Assembly (NCBI GenBank): GCA_963728565.1
Contig: CAVSLC010000018.1
Location: forward strand, 32,001-96,000
Length of the DNA stretch: 64,000 nucleotides
Reading direction: 5' to 3'
Origin: an uncultured delta proteobacterium
GTDB lineage: Bacteria > Desulfobacterota > Binatia > UBA9968
The notes under the pieces were generated by a model. It did no database searches, had not been told where the DNA came from, and was given only the letters and a program-made list of their open reading frames with translations. A program made the translations under genes and the position numbers. Positions 21,101-30,761 of this stretch are shown here, one piece after another. Each line of letters begins with the position of its first letter. Positions within the stretch are counted from its first letter, which is position 1.

Positions 21101-21257
21101 GATTGTCGGTGGGCTGGTCGTTTCTCAATTCATCACCTTGTTCATCACCCCAGTGATTTATCTCTATCTCGAGCAATTTCAAGAAAACGTGCTCGACCGG
21201 ACCTCGTTCTTTCGATCGCACCGAACCACCTCGACGCCGGCGCTTGGCGCAGACTGA
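18114..21257 (+). CDS. RND efflux permease (MdtB/C-like)
   Basis: FIRRPV, LPAVDYP, GFLVDDAIV, VKKNGIL, RFRPILMT; 1047 aa. Confidence 0.95.
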   Translation: MSFSELFIRRPVMTMVLTVSVVLFGILSYLRLPVNDLPAVDYPVIQVQANYPGASPDTVANSIATPLERQFMQINGLELVISKSTQGHTSLTLQFALDKSVDVAATDVQTAISQATGSLPVDLPSPPTYSKTNPNDQPIMYIALTSDSVTVGQLYDYASTQVGQRISILPGVSRVNVFGAKSAVRIKADPSAMWARGISVEDLAEAIRNGTSTIGAGQFDGSGGTLLLRPQGQLDDAKEYGDLIVSSKNGSPVYLRDVAQVKNSVQDERINMRFWVRGYDPPAATVIVAVNRKAGANAVEVAQSVRQLLPLISTELPGSVRVTPIYDRSQTIIHSILDVQLTLAIAFALVVLVIFVFLGRATDTLIPAVALPLSLLITFVVMDLLEFSLDNLSLMALTLAIGFLVDDAIVFLENTVRRMEHGQKALEATIASAREISFTIISMTISLAAVFIPLVFMPGLVGRIFREFAVTIVVAIIASGLVSLTLTPLMCARMLSDRGKGSKQTWMERKMSAWEKRFLDRYSRALWWFLRFRWVSALIWVVCLAGTVWLFMLVPKAFLPAGDSSFIFGLMIGREGSSPGQMHQLQNQADEILRADPGVRATFTMTGNGQFLASNQGLLLAFLEEPGNRAPIEDVAGGLMGKLATVPGVMPFMRPRPVLEISTGATNQNQGQYAFSLSGVNPKQVYDVAGKLMERLRPYPGFASLSSDYFNNTPNLDIEIKREEARLHGVSEARILQLLRSAYAQNYLYLIKKPEDQYQVILEAEDAARSEAQDLSLLHIKSDDGKKLVPLNTLVTWKESLGPQAVNHLNQFTSVTLFFNLRPGVAVGEATDFINKAAAEIVPPTVRASLQGEAQTFQDTVRHLTLLMALAVFVMYVILAILYESYLHPLTVLSTLPTALVGGLLTLWLFGEQASLYAFVGMFMLMGIVKKNGILIVDFAIHRVIAGERADQAIHDASLDRFRPILMTTLAAVFGALPIALGIGADGASRRSLGLVIVGGLVVSQFITLFITPVIYLYLEQFQENVLDRTSFFRSHRTTSTPALGAD

Positions 21258-21365
21258 TAATCGATTCGACCGCCGAGATACAGATTCCCGGCACCTGAGG
21301 ACCGAATGATCGAAGTCCGTTTATTGTTGCGTGTCGCTGCTCTGCTCCATGAGCTGCGCCTGTCC

Positions 21366-21408
21366 TTGCCGCGGCGAAGGAAACTAGTTATACTCAATTA
21401 GTTTCCTT
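21366..21408 (+). promoter_or_regulatory. sigma70 promoter overlapped by palindromic operator
   Basis: TTGCCG-N17-TATACT; AAGGAAACTA-N12-TAGTTTCCTT (21377-21408). Confidence 0.75.
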
Positions 21409-21416
21409 GGTACTAT

Positions 21417-22055
21417 ATGGCCGTCCCTTCGTCCCGAACCCGAAAGGGTGCCCCGATTCCATCGCACGGCAATGATTCTGCTGCGCGAATCATTGCCGTA
21501 GCGCGGCAACATTTTTTTGCCCACGGTTTTCGCGGCGTCACCATGGATGATCTAGCCGGGGAATTGGGGATGAGCAAGAAAACCCTGTACGCCTCTTTTC
21601 CGACCAAGACCGATCTGTTACGAGCCGTGCTTCTGGACAAATTTCGCCGGGTCGAAGTCGATCTCCAACGCATAGCCGCCGGTTTTCCCAACGAGATGCT
21701 GGGCTCGTTGCGTCAACTGCTGGCATGCCTGCAGCGTCATACCGAAGAAATAAAACCGCCGTTTGTCCGCGACATCAGGCGTGAAGCTCCACAAATGTTC
21801 GAGTTGGTGCAAACCCGGCGACGTCAGGTAATTCAAACTTATTTTGGTTCTTTACTGGACGAATGCCGTAAAGCTGGAGTGGTTCGAAAGGATGTTTCGA
21901 GCCGGCTGATCATCGAAATTCTTCTCGGTGCAACCGAGGCGATTATGAATCCGGCGAGGATGGCCCAACTGGGTCTGACCCCCAGGACGGGATATTCAAC
22001 GATCATCAATGTGGTTTTCGAAGGTGTATTGACTGAAAAGGGGCGCAGACGATGA
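21417..22055 (+). CDS. TetR family regulator
   Basis: FFAHGFRGVTMDDLAGELGMSKKTLY. Confidence 0.93.
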   Translation: MAVPSSRTRKGAPIPSHGNDSAARIIAVARQHFFAHGFRGVTMDDLAGELGMSKKTLYASFPTKTDLLRAVLLDKFRRVEVDLQRIAAGFPNEMLGSLRQLLACLQRHTEEIKPPFVRDIRREAPQMFELVQTRRRQVIQTYFGSLLDECRKAGVVRKDVSSRLIIEILLGATEAIMNPARMAQLGLTPRTGYSTIINVVFEGVLTEKGRRR

Positions 22056-22083
22056 CACGCGATGCCGACAGCGTGAGCAGCGG

Positions 22084-23115
22084 GTGCTCATGAGACGGCG
22101 TTTTTTGATCGGCGGACTGATAGCGGTGAGCCTCATTGCCGCAGTCGCAGCCTGGCGGCTGATGCAACGCGAGAGTGCTGCAACGCATCTGACGCTTTAT
22201 GGCGATATCGATCTTCGGCAAGTACAGCTTTCTTTCAACAACAGCGAGCGTATCGCGGCTGTTTTGGTTCAGGAAGGCGATCGTGTCAAGCAAGGTCAGC
22301 TGCTGGCGCGGCTCGATACGGCAAGATTGGAGCCGCAGCTGGCTCAGGCCGAGGCCCAAGCCGCAGCGCAATTGCAAATTGTGAAGCGACTGCGCAGCGG
22401 CAGCCGTCCTGAGGAGATCGCCCAGGCGCGGGCGAACCTGCAAGCGGCGCAGGCTGATCTGGCCAATGCGCGGCAACAGTATGAGCGTTGGAAGAGCGCC
22501 GCCGAAATTTCTGCCGGCCGCGCAGTGCGCCAGCAGGATGTCGACAATGCAAGAACTGCGGTGCAAGTCGCGGAAGCCAGATTAGCGGTAGTCCAGAAAA
22601 CATTGGACCTGGCGATAGCCGGGCCACGCCAGGAAGAAATAAACGAGAACGAAGCGCGGCTAAAAGCATTCGAGGCGCAAGCGAGCCTGCTGCGCCAGCA
22701 ACTAAAAGACGCTCAACTGATCGCGCCCGTGGACGCGGTGATACGCACCCGATTGATGGAGCCGGGAGAGATGGCTTCGCCGCAGCGGCCGGTGTTCTCG
22801 CTGGCGATTACCGATCCAAAGTGGGTCCGCGCCTTCATCTCTGAGCCGGATCTTGGAAAAATCAAATCCGGCATGGCCGCCGCTATCGTTGTGGATAGCT
22901 TTGCCGGTCGGCGGTTCGACGGTTGGATAGGATTCATTTCGCCGGTCGCTGAATTCACGCCAAAAACGGTGCAGACCGAGGAACTGCGAACCAGCCTGGT
23001 GTATGAGGTGCGCGTGTTTGTGAAAGATCCTGACGATGAACTGCGATTGGGAATGCCGGCGAGCGTTTACTTCAGACAAGAACACGGTACGACGAGCGGG
23101 AGACGGGAGAGATGA
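22084..23115 (+). CDS. ybhG: HlyD-type membrane fusion protein, YbhG-like
   Basis: LYGDIDLRQV, GFISPVAEFTPKTVQTEELRTSLVY. Confidence 0.85.
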   Translation: MLMRRRFLIGGLIAVSLIAAVAAWRLMQRESAATHLTLYGDIDLRQVQLSFNNSERIAAVLVQEGDRVKQGQLLARLDTARLEPQLAQAEAQAAAQLQIVKRLRSGSRPEEIAQARANLQAAQADLANARQQYERWKSAAEISAGRAVRQQDVDNARTAVQVAEARLAVVQKTLDLAIAGPRQEEINENEARLKAFEAQASLLRQQLKDAQLIAPVDAVIRTRLMEPGEMASPQRPVFSLAITDPKWVRAFISEPDLGKIKSGMAAAIVVDSFAGRRFDGWIGFISPVAEFTPKTVQTEELRTSLVYEVRVFVKDPDDELRLGMPASVYFRQEHGTTSGRRER

Positions 23116-25095
23116 GCGCCGTAAATCCCAGCGTCTTGATCGGCCGCGACATTCGCAAGACTTTCCGCCGCGACAGCGGTGAAAAGGTTGAGGCGCTCAA
23201 CCGCGTTTCGATCGAGGTGGCTCATGGCACGTTGACGGCGCTGGTGGGACCCGATGGGGCAGGGAAAACTACCCTGATCCGACTCGCCGCCGGCTTGATC
23301 CGGCCCGACGGCGGCGATCTAAAAGTTCTCGGCATCGATGTCGCTTCCGAGCCGCAACGAGTGCAAGACCGGGTCGGCTATATGCCGCAAAGATTCGGCT
23401 TGTACGAGGATCTTACCGTTCAGGAAAATCTCGATCTCTACGCCGACTTACACGGCGTCTCCATGAAAGAACGGAGCCAGCGGTACCCGAGTTTGATGGA
23501 GATGACCGCGTTGGAGCCTTTCGCCGGGCGATTAGCCGGACGGTTGTCCGGCGGCATGAAGCAGAAACTCGGGCTGGCGTGCACACTGGTGCGCGCGCCG
23601 GAGTTACTGTTGCTGGACGAACCGACAGTCGGTGTCGACCCGCTTTCGCGTCGTGAGTTGTGGAACATCATTCTGCAACTGGTCAACCGGCAAAGCATGA
23701 CGGTATTGCTGAGCACTTCCTATCTCGACGAGGCCGAACGCTGCGGACAGGTGGCCGTAATGCATCACGGCAACATTCTTTCGCATGGTCATCCGCATGA
23801 GATCAGCTCATTAGCTCAAGGCCGGGTATTTCTTGCCGAGCCACCGACGGGCCAGAAGGCCAGAGAATATCAAGCTCGGCTGCTGGACAAGCGGGACGTG
23901 GTGGATGCCGTCCCCGAAGGCGGACGGGTGCGGGTCGTTACAGAAAACCGGGAGGATGGAAGCAGATCCTTGAGAGCAGCTGTTCAGATCCGAGGAAGAG
24001 GAGACAAGGAGACCGAGAGACGAGGCGGTCCCCATCACTTAGACGGCATAGCTATTTCAGCGCAGCCGCGCTTCGAAGATGGCTTTATGGTGCTGCTTAA
24101 AGCAGGCGGGATGATTGAGAGACCAGAAGACACGGGACACAGACATGACGACAAGCAGACATGGGGACAAGGAGCCCAGGAGTCTGTGCCGGACGCTTCC
24201 TCTGCTCAGAATCTTTTCCCTTTCTTGTCTCCTAGTATCAATGTCTCCTTACCTGAATCCCCCGATCACCCGCGCTCTACGTCTTCCCGTCTCCCCGTCT
24301 CCCAGCCTCCGAATGCGGCGGTCGTTCAGGTTGAAAATCTGGTCCGTCGCTTCGGAAGATTTGTCGCCGTCGATCATGTCACATTCGAGGTTCAGCGCGG
24401 CGAAATTTTCGGACTGCTGGGTCCAAATGGGGCGGGCAAGACCACAACCTTTCGCATGCTCTGTGGTTTATTGCCGGCAAGTGAGGGAATGTTGCGGGTA
24501 GCCGGAGCGGATCTGCGCCGCGCACGAGCCTCGGCGCGCCAGCACATCGGCTATGTCGCCCAAAAATTCTCTCTTTATGGGCAGCTCTCGGTCAGCGAGA
24601 ACTTGGAGTTTTTTGCCAGGGCTTATAATCTGCGCGGCGCGCAAAAAGATCGGCGCATCGATTGGGCTCTACAACACTTCGAGCTAGCAGCCTTGGCAAA
24701 CCTGCCAAGCGGCAATCTCCCCGGCGGTTTTAAGCAGCGTTTGGCAATGGCGGCGGCGCTGCTGCATGAGCCAGAAACGCTTTTTCTCGACGAGCCGACC
24801 AGTGGCGCGGATCCTTTGGCCCGGCGCGATTTCTGGCGGCGAATCACCGCGCTCTCCCAAGAAGGAGTGACGGTGGTGATCACGACCCATTTCATGGAAG
24901 AAGCCGAATACTGTGATCGCATCGCAATTCTAGACGCCGGCAGAATACTCGCGCAGGGTACGCCTGCGGCAATTCGCGGCCAGGCGAGTCGAAGAACCGG
25001 GAAGCGAGCCGACCATGGAGGATGCGTTTATAGCGGTGGTCGAACAGGCGCGCGCAAAACAGGCGCAAACCACTGCCGCGCGGGGTGCGGCATGA
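23112..25095 (+). CDS. ybhF: Dual-NBD ABC ATPase, YbhF-like; frameshift near 24990 and repeat-derived linker insertions
   Basis: Two Walker A motifs (GPDGAGKT, GPNGAGKT); canonical tail EPTMEDAFIAVV...GAA* lies in another frame and ends at TGA 25093-25095. Confidence 0.85.
23990..24305. repeat. Degenerate GGAGAC-type ~8-bp repeats (direct, then inverted) inside the ATPase CDS
   Basis: ggagacaa ggagaccg agagacga; agacacgg gacacaga..ggggacaaggag; then tgtctcct..tgtctcctt..cgtctccccgtctccc. Confidence 0.7.
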
Positions 25096-26216
25096 CGACA
25101 AGTTTCAGTTCGCGGCGCATCGGCGCCTTGGTGCGAAAGGAGGCTAAACAGATGCTGCGCGATCCAAGCAGCATCGCCATCGGCATCATTATGCCGGTGC
25201 TGCTCATTTTGCTCTTTGGCTATGGATTATCTCTCGACGTAACCAAAGTGCCGGTGGCGGTTGTTCTGGAAGATCCATCGCCGGCCGCGACGGAATTGGC
25301 CGCCGGCTTTCAACTCTCGCATTATTTCGAGCCGGTATTGCTGACGTCAATGGCTCACGCCGAAGAGCTCATGTTGGCTCGGAAGGTGGACGGCATCATC
25401 CGCATCCGACCTGACTTCGCTCGCACTCTGACTGCCGGCGGCGCCGAAGTGCAAATACTGGTGCACGGGGTTGATGCCAACCGCGCCCGCATCATTCAAA
25501 ATTATGCCCAGGGGGCGGTTGGCCAGTGGACTGCGCGGCGAGCGGCTCGAGGAATCGAAGTGGTTGCTGGTCCGGCGACGGTGCAAAGCCGCATGTGGTT
25601 CAACGAGGCCAACGAAAGCCGCTATTTCCTGGTGCCCGGATTGATCGTTTTGATCATGACTTTGATCGGCGCCTTACTTACCACGCTGGTAATGGCCCGT
25701 GAATGGGAACGCGGCACACTGGAGGCGTTGTTCGTGACCCCGGTCCGGACCGATGAAATCTTGCTTGGAAAAACGATTCCTTATTTCATTCTAGGCATGA
25801 TCGGTTTGGTGCTCTGTCTGCTCGCCGCCAAGTTTCTGTTCGCCGTTCCGTTTCGCGGTTCGGTAACGGTGCTCGCCGGCGCGTCCATGCTTTACCTGCT
25901 GGTGGCTCTCGGGATCGGTCTGCTGATCTCTTCGGCGGTGAAAAACCAGTTCGTTGCCAGTCAGATCACCTTGCTGGTTTCGTTTCTTCCGGCGGTCATG
26001 CTGTCGGGATTTCTCTTCGACCTGCGCAGTATGCCGGACTTGGTGCGGACGATCACTTACGTGCTGCCGGCGCGTTATTACGTGGCCTTACTCCAGACGA
26101 TTTTTTTCGCCGGAGATATTTGGCCTGTGATTATTCCCAACGCTCTGGTGCTGGCTGCAATGGCCGCGGTGCTGGTTATTTTCACCAGAAGGGTCACTAC
26201 GAAGAGGCTTGCTTAA
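25092..26216 (+). CDS. ybhS: ABC-2 permease, YbhS-like
   Basis: ATGA overlap with the ATPase; KEAKQMLRDPSS, WFNEANES, AREWERGTLEALFVTP. Confidence 0.85.
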   Translation: MTTSFSSRRIGALVRKEAKQMLRDPSSIAIGIIMPVLLILLFGYGLSLDVTKVPVAVVLEDPSPAATELAAGFQLSHYFEPVLLTSMAHAEELMLARKVDGIIRIRPDFARTLTAGGAEVQILVHGVDANRARIIQNYAQGAVGQWTARRAARGIEVVAGPATVQSRMWFNEANESRYFLVPGLIVLIMTLIGALLTTLVMAREWERGTLEALFVTPVRTDEILLGKTIPYFILGMIGLVLCLLAAKFLFAVPFRGSVTVLAGASMLYLLVALGIGLLISSAVKNQFVASQITLLVSFLPAVMLSGFLFDLRSMPDLVRTITYVLPARYYVALLQTIFFAGDIWPVIIPNALVLAAMAAVLVIFTRRVTTKRLA

Positions 26217-26222
26217 TAAACG

Positions 26223-27340
26223 ATGCTCGACACCCTGTACCGCATACTCGCTCTGACGCGAAAGGAGTTGTTGGCGATTCTCAAAGATCCACGCAGCCGG
26301 TTTAGCCTTATTCTGCCACCGATTTTGCAGTGCCTCATTTATGGCTATGTGGCGACCTATGACTTAAATCATGTTCCCTATGCCGTGTTCGACCACGATC
26401 GCAGCGCGGCGTCGCAACAACTGCTGGCAAGAATAGACGGCTCGGGAGTTTTCCAGCGAGTGGCAATCTCGAGCGCGATCTTGACGTGAAGACTGTCATC
26501 GATCAGCGGCGCGCTTTGCTGGTCATTCGGATCGATCGCGATTTCGAGCGGCGCTTGCTCTCAGGTATGCCGGCGACCGTGCAAGTCATTGCCGACGGGC
26601 GCAATTCCAATACCGCCGGCACAGCGATGGGCTACGTTAATGCCATTGTCAACGAGTTCAACGCGGATTGGCGCAACCACCACGGCCAAGGTGGAGCGCC
26701 GATCCGGATCACTACCCGGGCTTGGTACAACCCGAATCTCGAGACTCGCTGGCACATGATTCCAGCTCTCATCGGCACTTTGACATTGATTCAGACGCTG
26801 CTTCTAACCGGCTTGTCAGTGGCGCGCGAGCGCGAGCAGGGGACCTTTGATCAGTTGCTGGTGACGCCGTTTCGGCCGGCGGAGATCATGGCGGGCAAGG
26901 CGCTGCCCGCGGTAGTCGTTGGAATCGTCCAGGCGACTATGGTTTTGCTGGTGGCGCAACTCTGGTTTCAAATCCCGTTTGCGGGGTCGTTTGTTACGCT
27001 TTATGTGGGTCTCGGCGTTTTTCTGCTCGCGGCGATCGGCATCGGGCTGTTGCTATCGTCGCTGGCCGCGACCATGCAGCAGGCGATGCTATTTTCTTTT
27101 CTTCTGATCATGCCCTTTTCATTGTTATCAGGGTTGACCACGCCGATCAGTAGTATGCCGATGGTTCTGCAGTACCTGACCCTGCTTAACCCGCTGCGTT
27201 ATGCCATCGATATTGCTCATCGGGTGTATCTCGAGGGAGTAGGTCTGAATTTTTTAATACCTGAGCTTTGGCCCCTGGCGCTCATGGCCGCGGTCACGCT
27301 CTCGGCAGCCTCATGGATGTTTCGCCATCGGCTAACCTAA
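26223..27340 (+). CDS. ybhR: ABC-2 permease, YbhR-like; frameshift near 26466
   Basis: RKELLAILKDPRSR..; continues DGRNSN, WYNPNL, AREREQGTFDQLLVTP. Confidence 0.85.
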
Positions 27341-27380
27341 ACAGAGACATGCAAGCAATACTCAGATCAAGGACAATCCA

Positions 27381-28823
27381 ATGAGCCTCGGTAAATTCGC
27401 AAGTAATTCTCGTGCCGTCTGGGCAGTGATGATTCTGGTGGCGGGATGCTCCGTCGGCCCGAATTATAAACCGCCGGAGATCTCAGTTCCGGCAAGCTGG
27501 AATGAAGCGCAGCAATCCGACTTCGACACTGGGCCTGCGCCACTGAAGGATTGGTGGACGGAGTTCAACGATCCATTGCTCGATACGCTGGTGGCGCGAG
27601 CCGTGCAGTTGAACCTGGATATCCGCTTAGCTGAGGCACGCATTCGAGAGTCGCGGGCGCTCAGGGCAGCGACGGCAGCGGATGCATGGCCGGGCCTGGA
27701 CGCTGCGGGTTCTTACAGGCGAAGCCGCTCGAGTGAGAACGCGTCTGTTTCCGGCGGAGACGGCGACGCCTTTTCAGGCGGCAATGGCGCAGGCGATCTC
27801 TTCAGGGCCGGTTTCGACGCCAGTTGGGAAGTCGATATCTTTGGCGGGGTGCGGCGGAGGGTGGAAGCGGCCGACGCCAATATCGCTGCATCGGTCGAAG
27901 AGCGGCGCAGTGCGTTGGTGACCTTGCTCGGTGACGTCGCCAGGAATTATATCGAGGTGCGTGGTTTTCAACGCCGGCTGGCAGTGGCGCGATCCAATCT
28001 TCGCGCACAACAAGAAACGTTGGAACTAACCAGAGTGCGGTTTGAAGCGGGGCTCTCGAGCGACTTCGAGGTGGCGCAGGCCGAAGGCCAGGTGAACACG
28101 ACCGCGGCGCAGATCCCAGCTCTCGAAAGCGCGCTCAAGGGAAGCGTGCATCGTCTCGATGTGCTGCTCGGCCAACAACCGGGCGCGCTTTGGGCGGAAC
28201 TCAGCAATGAGGCGCCGGTCCCGGCATTGCCGCCTCAGGCGCATGTCGGTATGCCTGCCGAGCTCCTCAGAAGGAGGCCGGATATCCGGCGCGCCGAGCG
28301 GGTCTTAGCCTCTACGACCGCGCAAGTCGGCGCCGCAACGGCTGATCTGTATCCGAGATTTTCGTTGACTGGAGCTTTTGGCTTCCAGAGTATCAGTGCA
28401 AGCGACTTGATCTCCGCTCCGAGCCGTTTCTGGTCGATAGGGCCGAGGATTTTCTGGCCGGTTTTCGATGCCGGCAGGATTCGCGCCAACATTGCCGTGC
28501 GCAACGCGCAGCAGGAGCAAGCTCTGACGTTGTATGAGAAAACTGTTCTGACGGCGTTCGAGGATGTGGAAAATTCTCTGGTGAACTACGCCAAGGAACA
28601 AACCCGATATCGCGCTTTGATGGATGCGGTGGCCGCCAACCGCCGCGCTGTGCAGATGGCCAACGAGCTTTATACCAGAGGTCTGGTCGATTTTCTCAAT
28701 GTGCTGGAAACGCAGCGCTCGCTGTATGCGTCCGAAAGCGAGCTCGCCCAAAGCGAAACGGTCATGGCGTCGAATCTGGTTGCCCTGTATAAGGCGCTGG
28801 GCGGCGGCTGGGAGACGGACTAA
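27381..28823 (+). CDS. Outer-membrane efflux lipoprotein (NodT/OprM family)
   Basis: LVAGC lipobox, VGPNY, LLRRRPDIRRAE, LYKALGGGW. Confidence 0.95.
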   Translation: MSLGKFASNSRAVWAVMILVAGCSVGPNYKPPEISVPASWNEAQQSDFDTGPAPLKDWWTEFNDPLLDTLVARAVQLNLDIRLAEARIRESRALRAATAADAWPGLDAAGSYRRSRSSENASVSGGDGDAFSGGNGAGDLFRAGFDASWEVDIFGGVRRRVEAADANIAASVEERRSALVTLLGDVARNYIEVRGFQRRLAVARSNLRAQQETLELTRVRFEAGLSSDFEVAQAEGQVNTTAAQIPALESALKGSVHRLDVLLGQQPGALWAELSNEAPVPALPPQAHVGMPAELLRRRPDIRRAERVLASTTAQVGAATADLYPRFSLTGAFGFQSISASDLISAPSRFWSIGPRIFWPVFDAGRIRANIAVRNAQQEQALTLYEKTVLTAFEDVENSLVNYAKEQTRYRALMDAVAANRRAVQMANELYTRGLVDFLNVLETQRSLYASESELAQSETVMASNLVALYKALGGGWETD

Positions 28824-28891
28824 GACAAGTATAAAAGATGAAAGCGGAAAGATGAAACGTCGCCCGCGCGGGCCGGTGATTACGGATTCGA

Positions 28892-29494
28892 TTATGGATT
28901 GTTACTCGGCAGTGCCTGCGCGATTTCGATCCAGTTGCGGTGCCTGCTTACCAGCTCATGTTGCGTATTTTTCCGGTTCCATGGGCGATCCAGCAATGCA
29001 ACGGGAGTCTTCATCTGAGATGCCAAATACATTGCCATGATCGGCGAGTCTTCCACAGCCCAACAGAAGCTGTGACTGATCAGGGCCTCGAGAGAGATGC
29101 ATTGGCTGCCATCGGGTGCGAACCGGCCATATTTATCGACGATCAATATCCTGTTATGGGGCACCCCGTGTTTATTTAGCCATTGCACGGAAGGCTCATA
29201 GGTGTCCGGTGGGCGGCCCGTGACGATGGCAATCTCGTAGCCGGCAGCGCTCCATTGCTGCAAAACCTCGACGGCTCCTGGAATCGGCGGGATGTTTAAG
29301 AGCTCCTCACCCTGATGCACGATCCGGTACAACTGCTGTTTTTCCTCTGCCGTGAGCTCGCAAGCCTGGCCGACATCGAAATCGGTGAGTTGCTCAAAGG
29401 TAAATCTTTTCCCGAAATCTCTTTCGAGAATCGTTAGAAAGTGCTGCGCCGTTTGGCACAAGACATCATCCATGTCGACGTAAACGGATTGCAT
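28892..29494 (-). CDS. HAD 5'(3')-deoxyribonucleotidase-like protein
   Basis: VDMDDVL, IVTGRP, VEDS, LLDRPWN. Confidence 0.8.
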   Translation of the reverse strand: MQSVYVDMDDVLCQTAQHFLTILERDFGKRFTFEQLTDFDVGQACELTAEEKQQLYRIVHQGEELLNIPPIPGAVEVLQQWSAAGYEIAIVTGRPPDTYEPSVQWLNKHGVPHNRILIVDKYGRFAPDGSQCISLEALISHSFCWAVEDSPIMAMYLASQMKTPVALLDRPWNRKNTQHELVSRHRNWIEIAQALPSNNP

Positions 29495-29963
29495 GTAGTC
29501 ATTCCTTCACCACGTCAGTTGCGATGGTTGCGACGCTTCCGGTATCCGCCAGAATCGAGTAATTTTTCGCTACAATCAACCTTATCGCTTCTTGTGCGCG
29601 AGCTCATCTGCTGGATTGCTCGATCTTCTCGCCGGGCTATCTGACAGGTTAAGGTCTGATTCATCTTGCATCTTGCAGTCGGAAGTGAAACAGCGATCAA
29701 TGGGCAAGCACTCCGGAGCGAACCAAGACAATGGACCTGTGCCCTGTAGCGTTTGCAATCTTTGTTGCTGCAGGGACTTTCCGGCGAATCATTAGCCATG
29801 TACCAAGCGCCAAACATGAGGTTGAATCTGCTCGCTTCTGTTTCTTTCGCTCCCCAGGTCGCGCGCTCGATCGGTCCCAAACGACTCTCTCCTGCGAAAT
29901 CCGGGTTTATTCATTATTGAGTTTCCCGCGGCCTGTTTCTATACTTCTGCACTGGAGAAAATT

Positions 29964-30761
29964 ATGTCTTTGTTGAAGATTGCTACCTGGAACGTCAATG
30001 GCATTCGCGCGCGCGAAGCCCAGGTGCTCGAATGGGTCGAGCGCGAGCGACCGGACGTTGTCTGTCTTCAGGAATTGAAATCGACCGTGGCGCAGGTTCC
30101 CGCGGCGCTTTGCGAGCTGCAGGGCTATCGATGCTACTGGCATGGCGCGCGCGCTTATTCGGGAGTCGGTCTGCACATACGCCGCGACGCTTTTGCCGAG
30201 GAGCCGCGCTTCTTTCATCCTTCCTTCGATTTCGAAACCCGTGTGGTCGCAGCGCAAATGGACGATCTGGTGGTGGTCTCGGCTTATGTTCCAAACGGCG
30301 GTAAAGATTTTGCGGCAAAAATGCAGTTCCTGCGCGATATGGAAAACTATGTTGACGAAGTTCACGCCAGTGGCGCCCGGCTGGTTTTCTGTGGCGATCT
30401 CAACATTGCGCGAAGCGAGCGCGATGTGCATCCGAAGGAGCGAAATCCCGCGATCATCGGGCAACGGCCGGAGGAGAGAGAATTGTTCGAGCGAATTCTT
30501 AATCATGGTCTTGTGGACGTTGGACGGGCGCTTGATCCGGATAATGAAAACCTTTTCACCTGGTGGGCGCCGTGGCGTCGCATGCGCGAGCGCAATATCG
30601 GCTGGCGGCTCGACTACGTTCTCGCCACCCAGTCTCTAGCAGCGCGCGCTTCGCAGTGCTTGGTCTATCGTGAAATCGGCACCAGCGATCACGCGCCGGT
30701 GGTCGCGCTATTCAATCTCGATGATGATACCGGTGAAACGGTGATGGTAGAACCCGTATGA
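29964..30761 (+). CDS. xth: Exodeoxyribonuclease III
   Basis: ATWNVNGIRAR, CLQELK, YVPNG, GDLNIA, GWRLDY, SDHAPV. Confidence 0.95.
   Translation: MSLLKIATWNVNGIRAREAQVLEWVERERPDVVCLQELKSTVAQVPAALCELQGYRCYWHGARAYSGVGLHIRRDAFAEEPRFFHPSFDFETRVVAAQMDDLVVVSAYVPNGGKDFAAKMQFLRDMENYVDEVHASGARLVFCGDLNIARSERDVHPKERNPAIIGQRPEERELFERILNHGLVDVGRALDPDNENLFTWWAPWRRMRERNIGWRLDYVLATQSLAARASQCLVYREIGTSDHAPVVALFNLDDDTGETVMVEPV

Noticed and set aside
23112-26216. 1034-aa ATPase-permease fusion (RbbA-like) in the ORF track
   Set aside because: The canonical YbhF tail PTMEDAFI is in another frame and ends in an ATGA overlap at 25092-25095; the fusion results from a frameshift near 24990
28832-28857. AAAGATGAAA x2 short repeat after the OMF gene
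   Set aside because: Too short and degenerate to support a separate element
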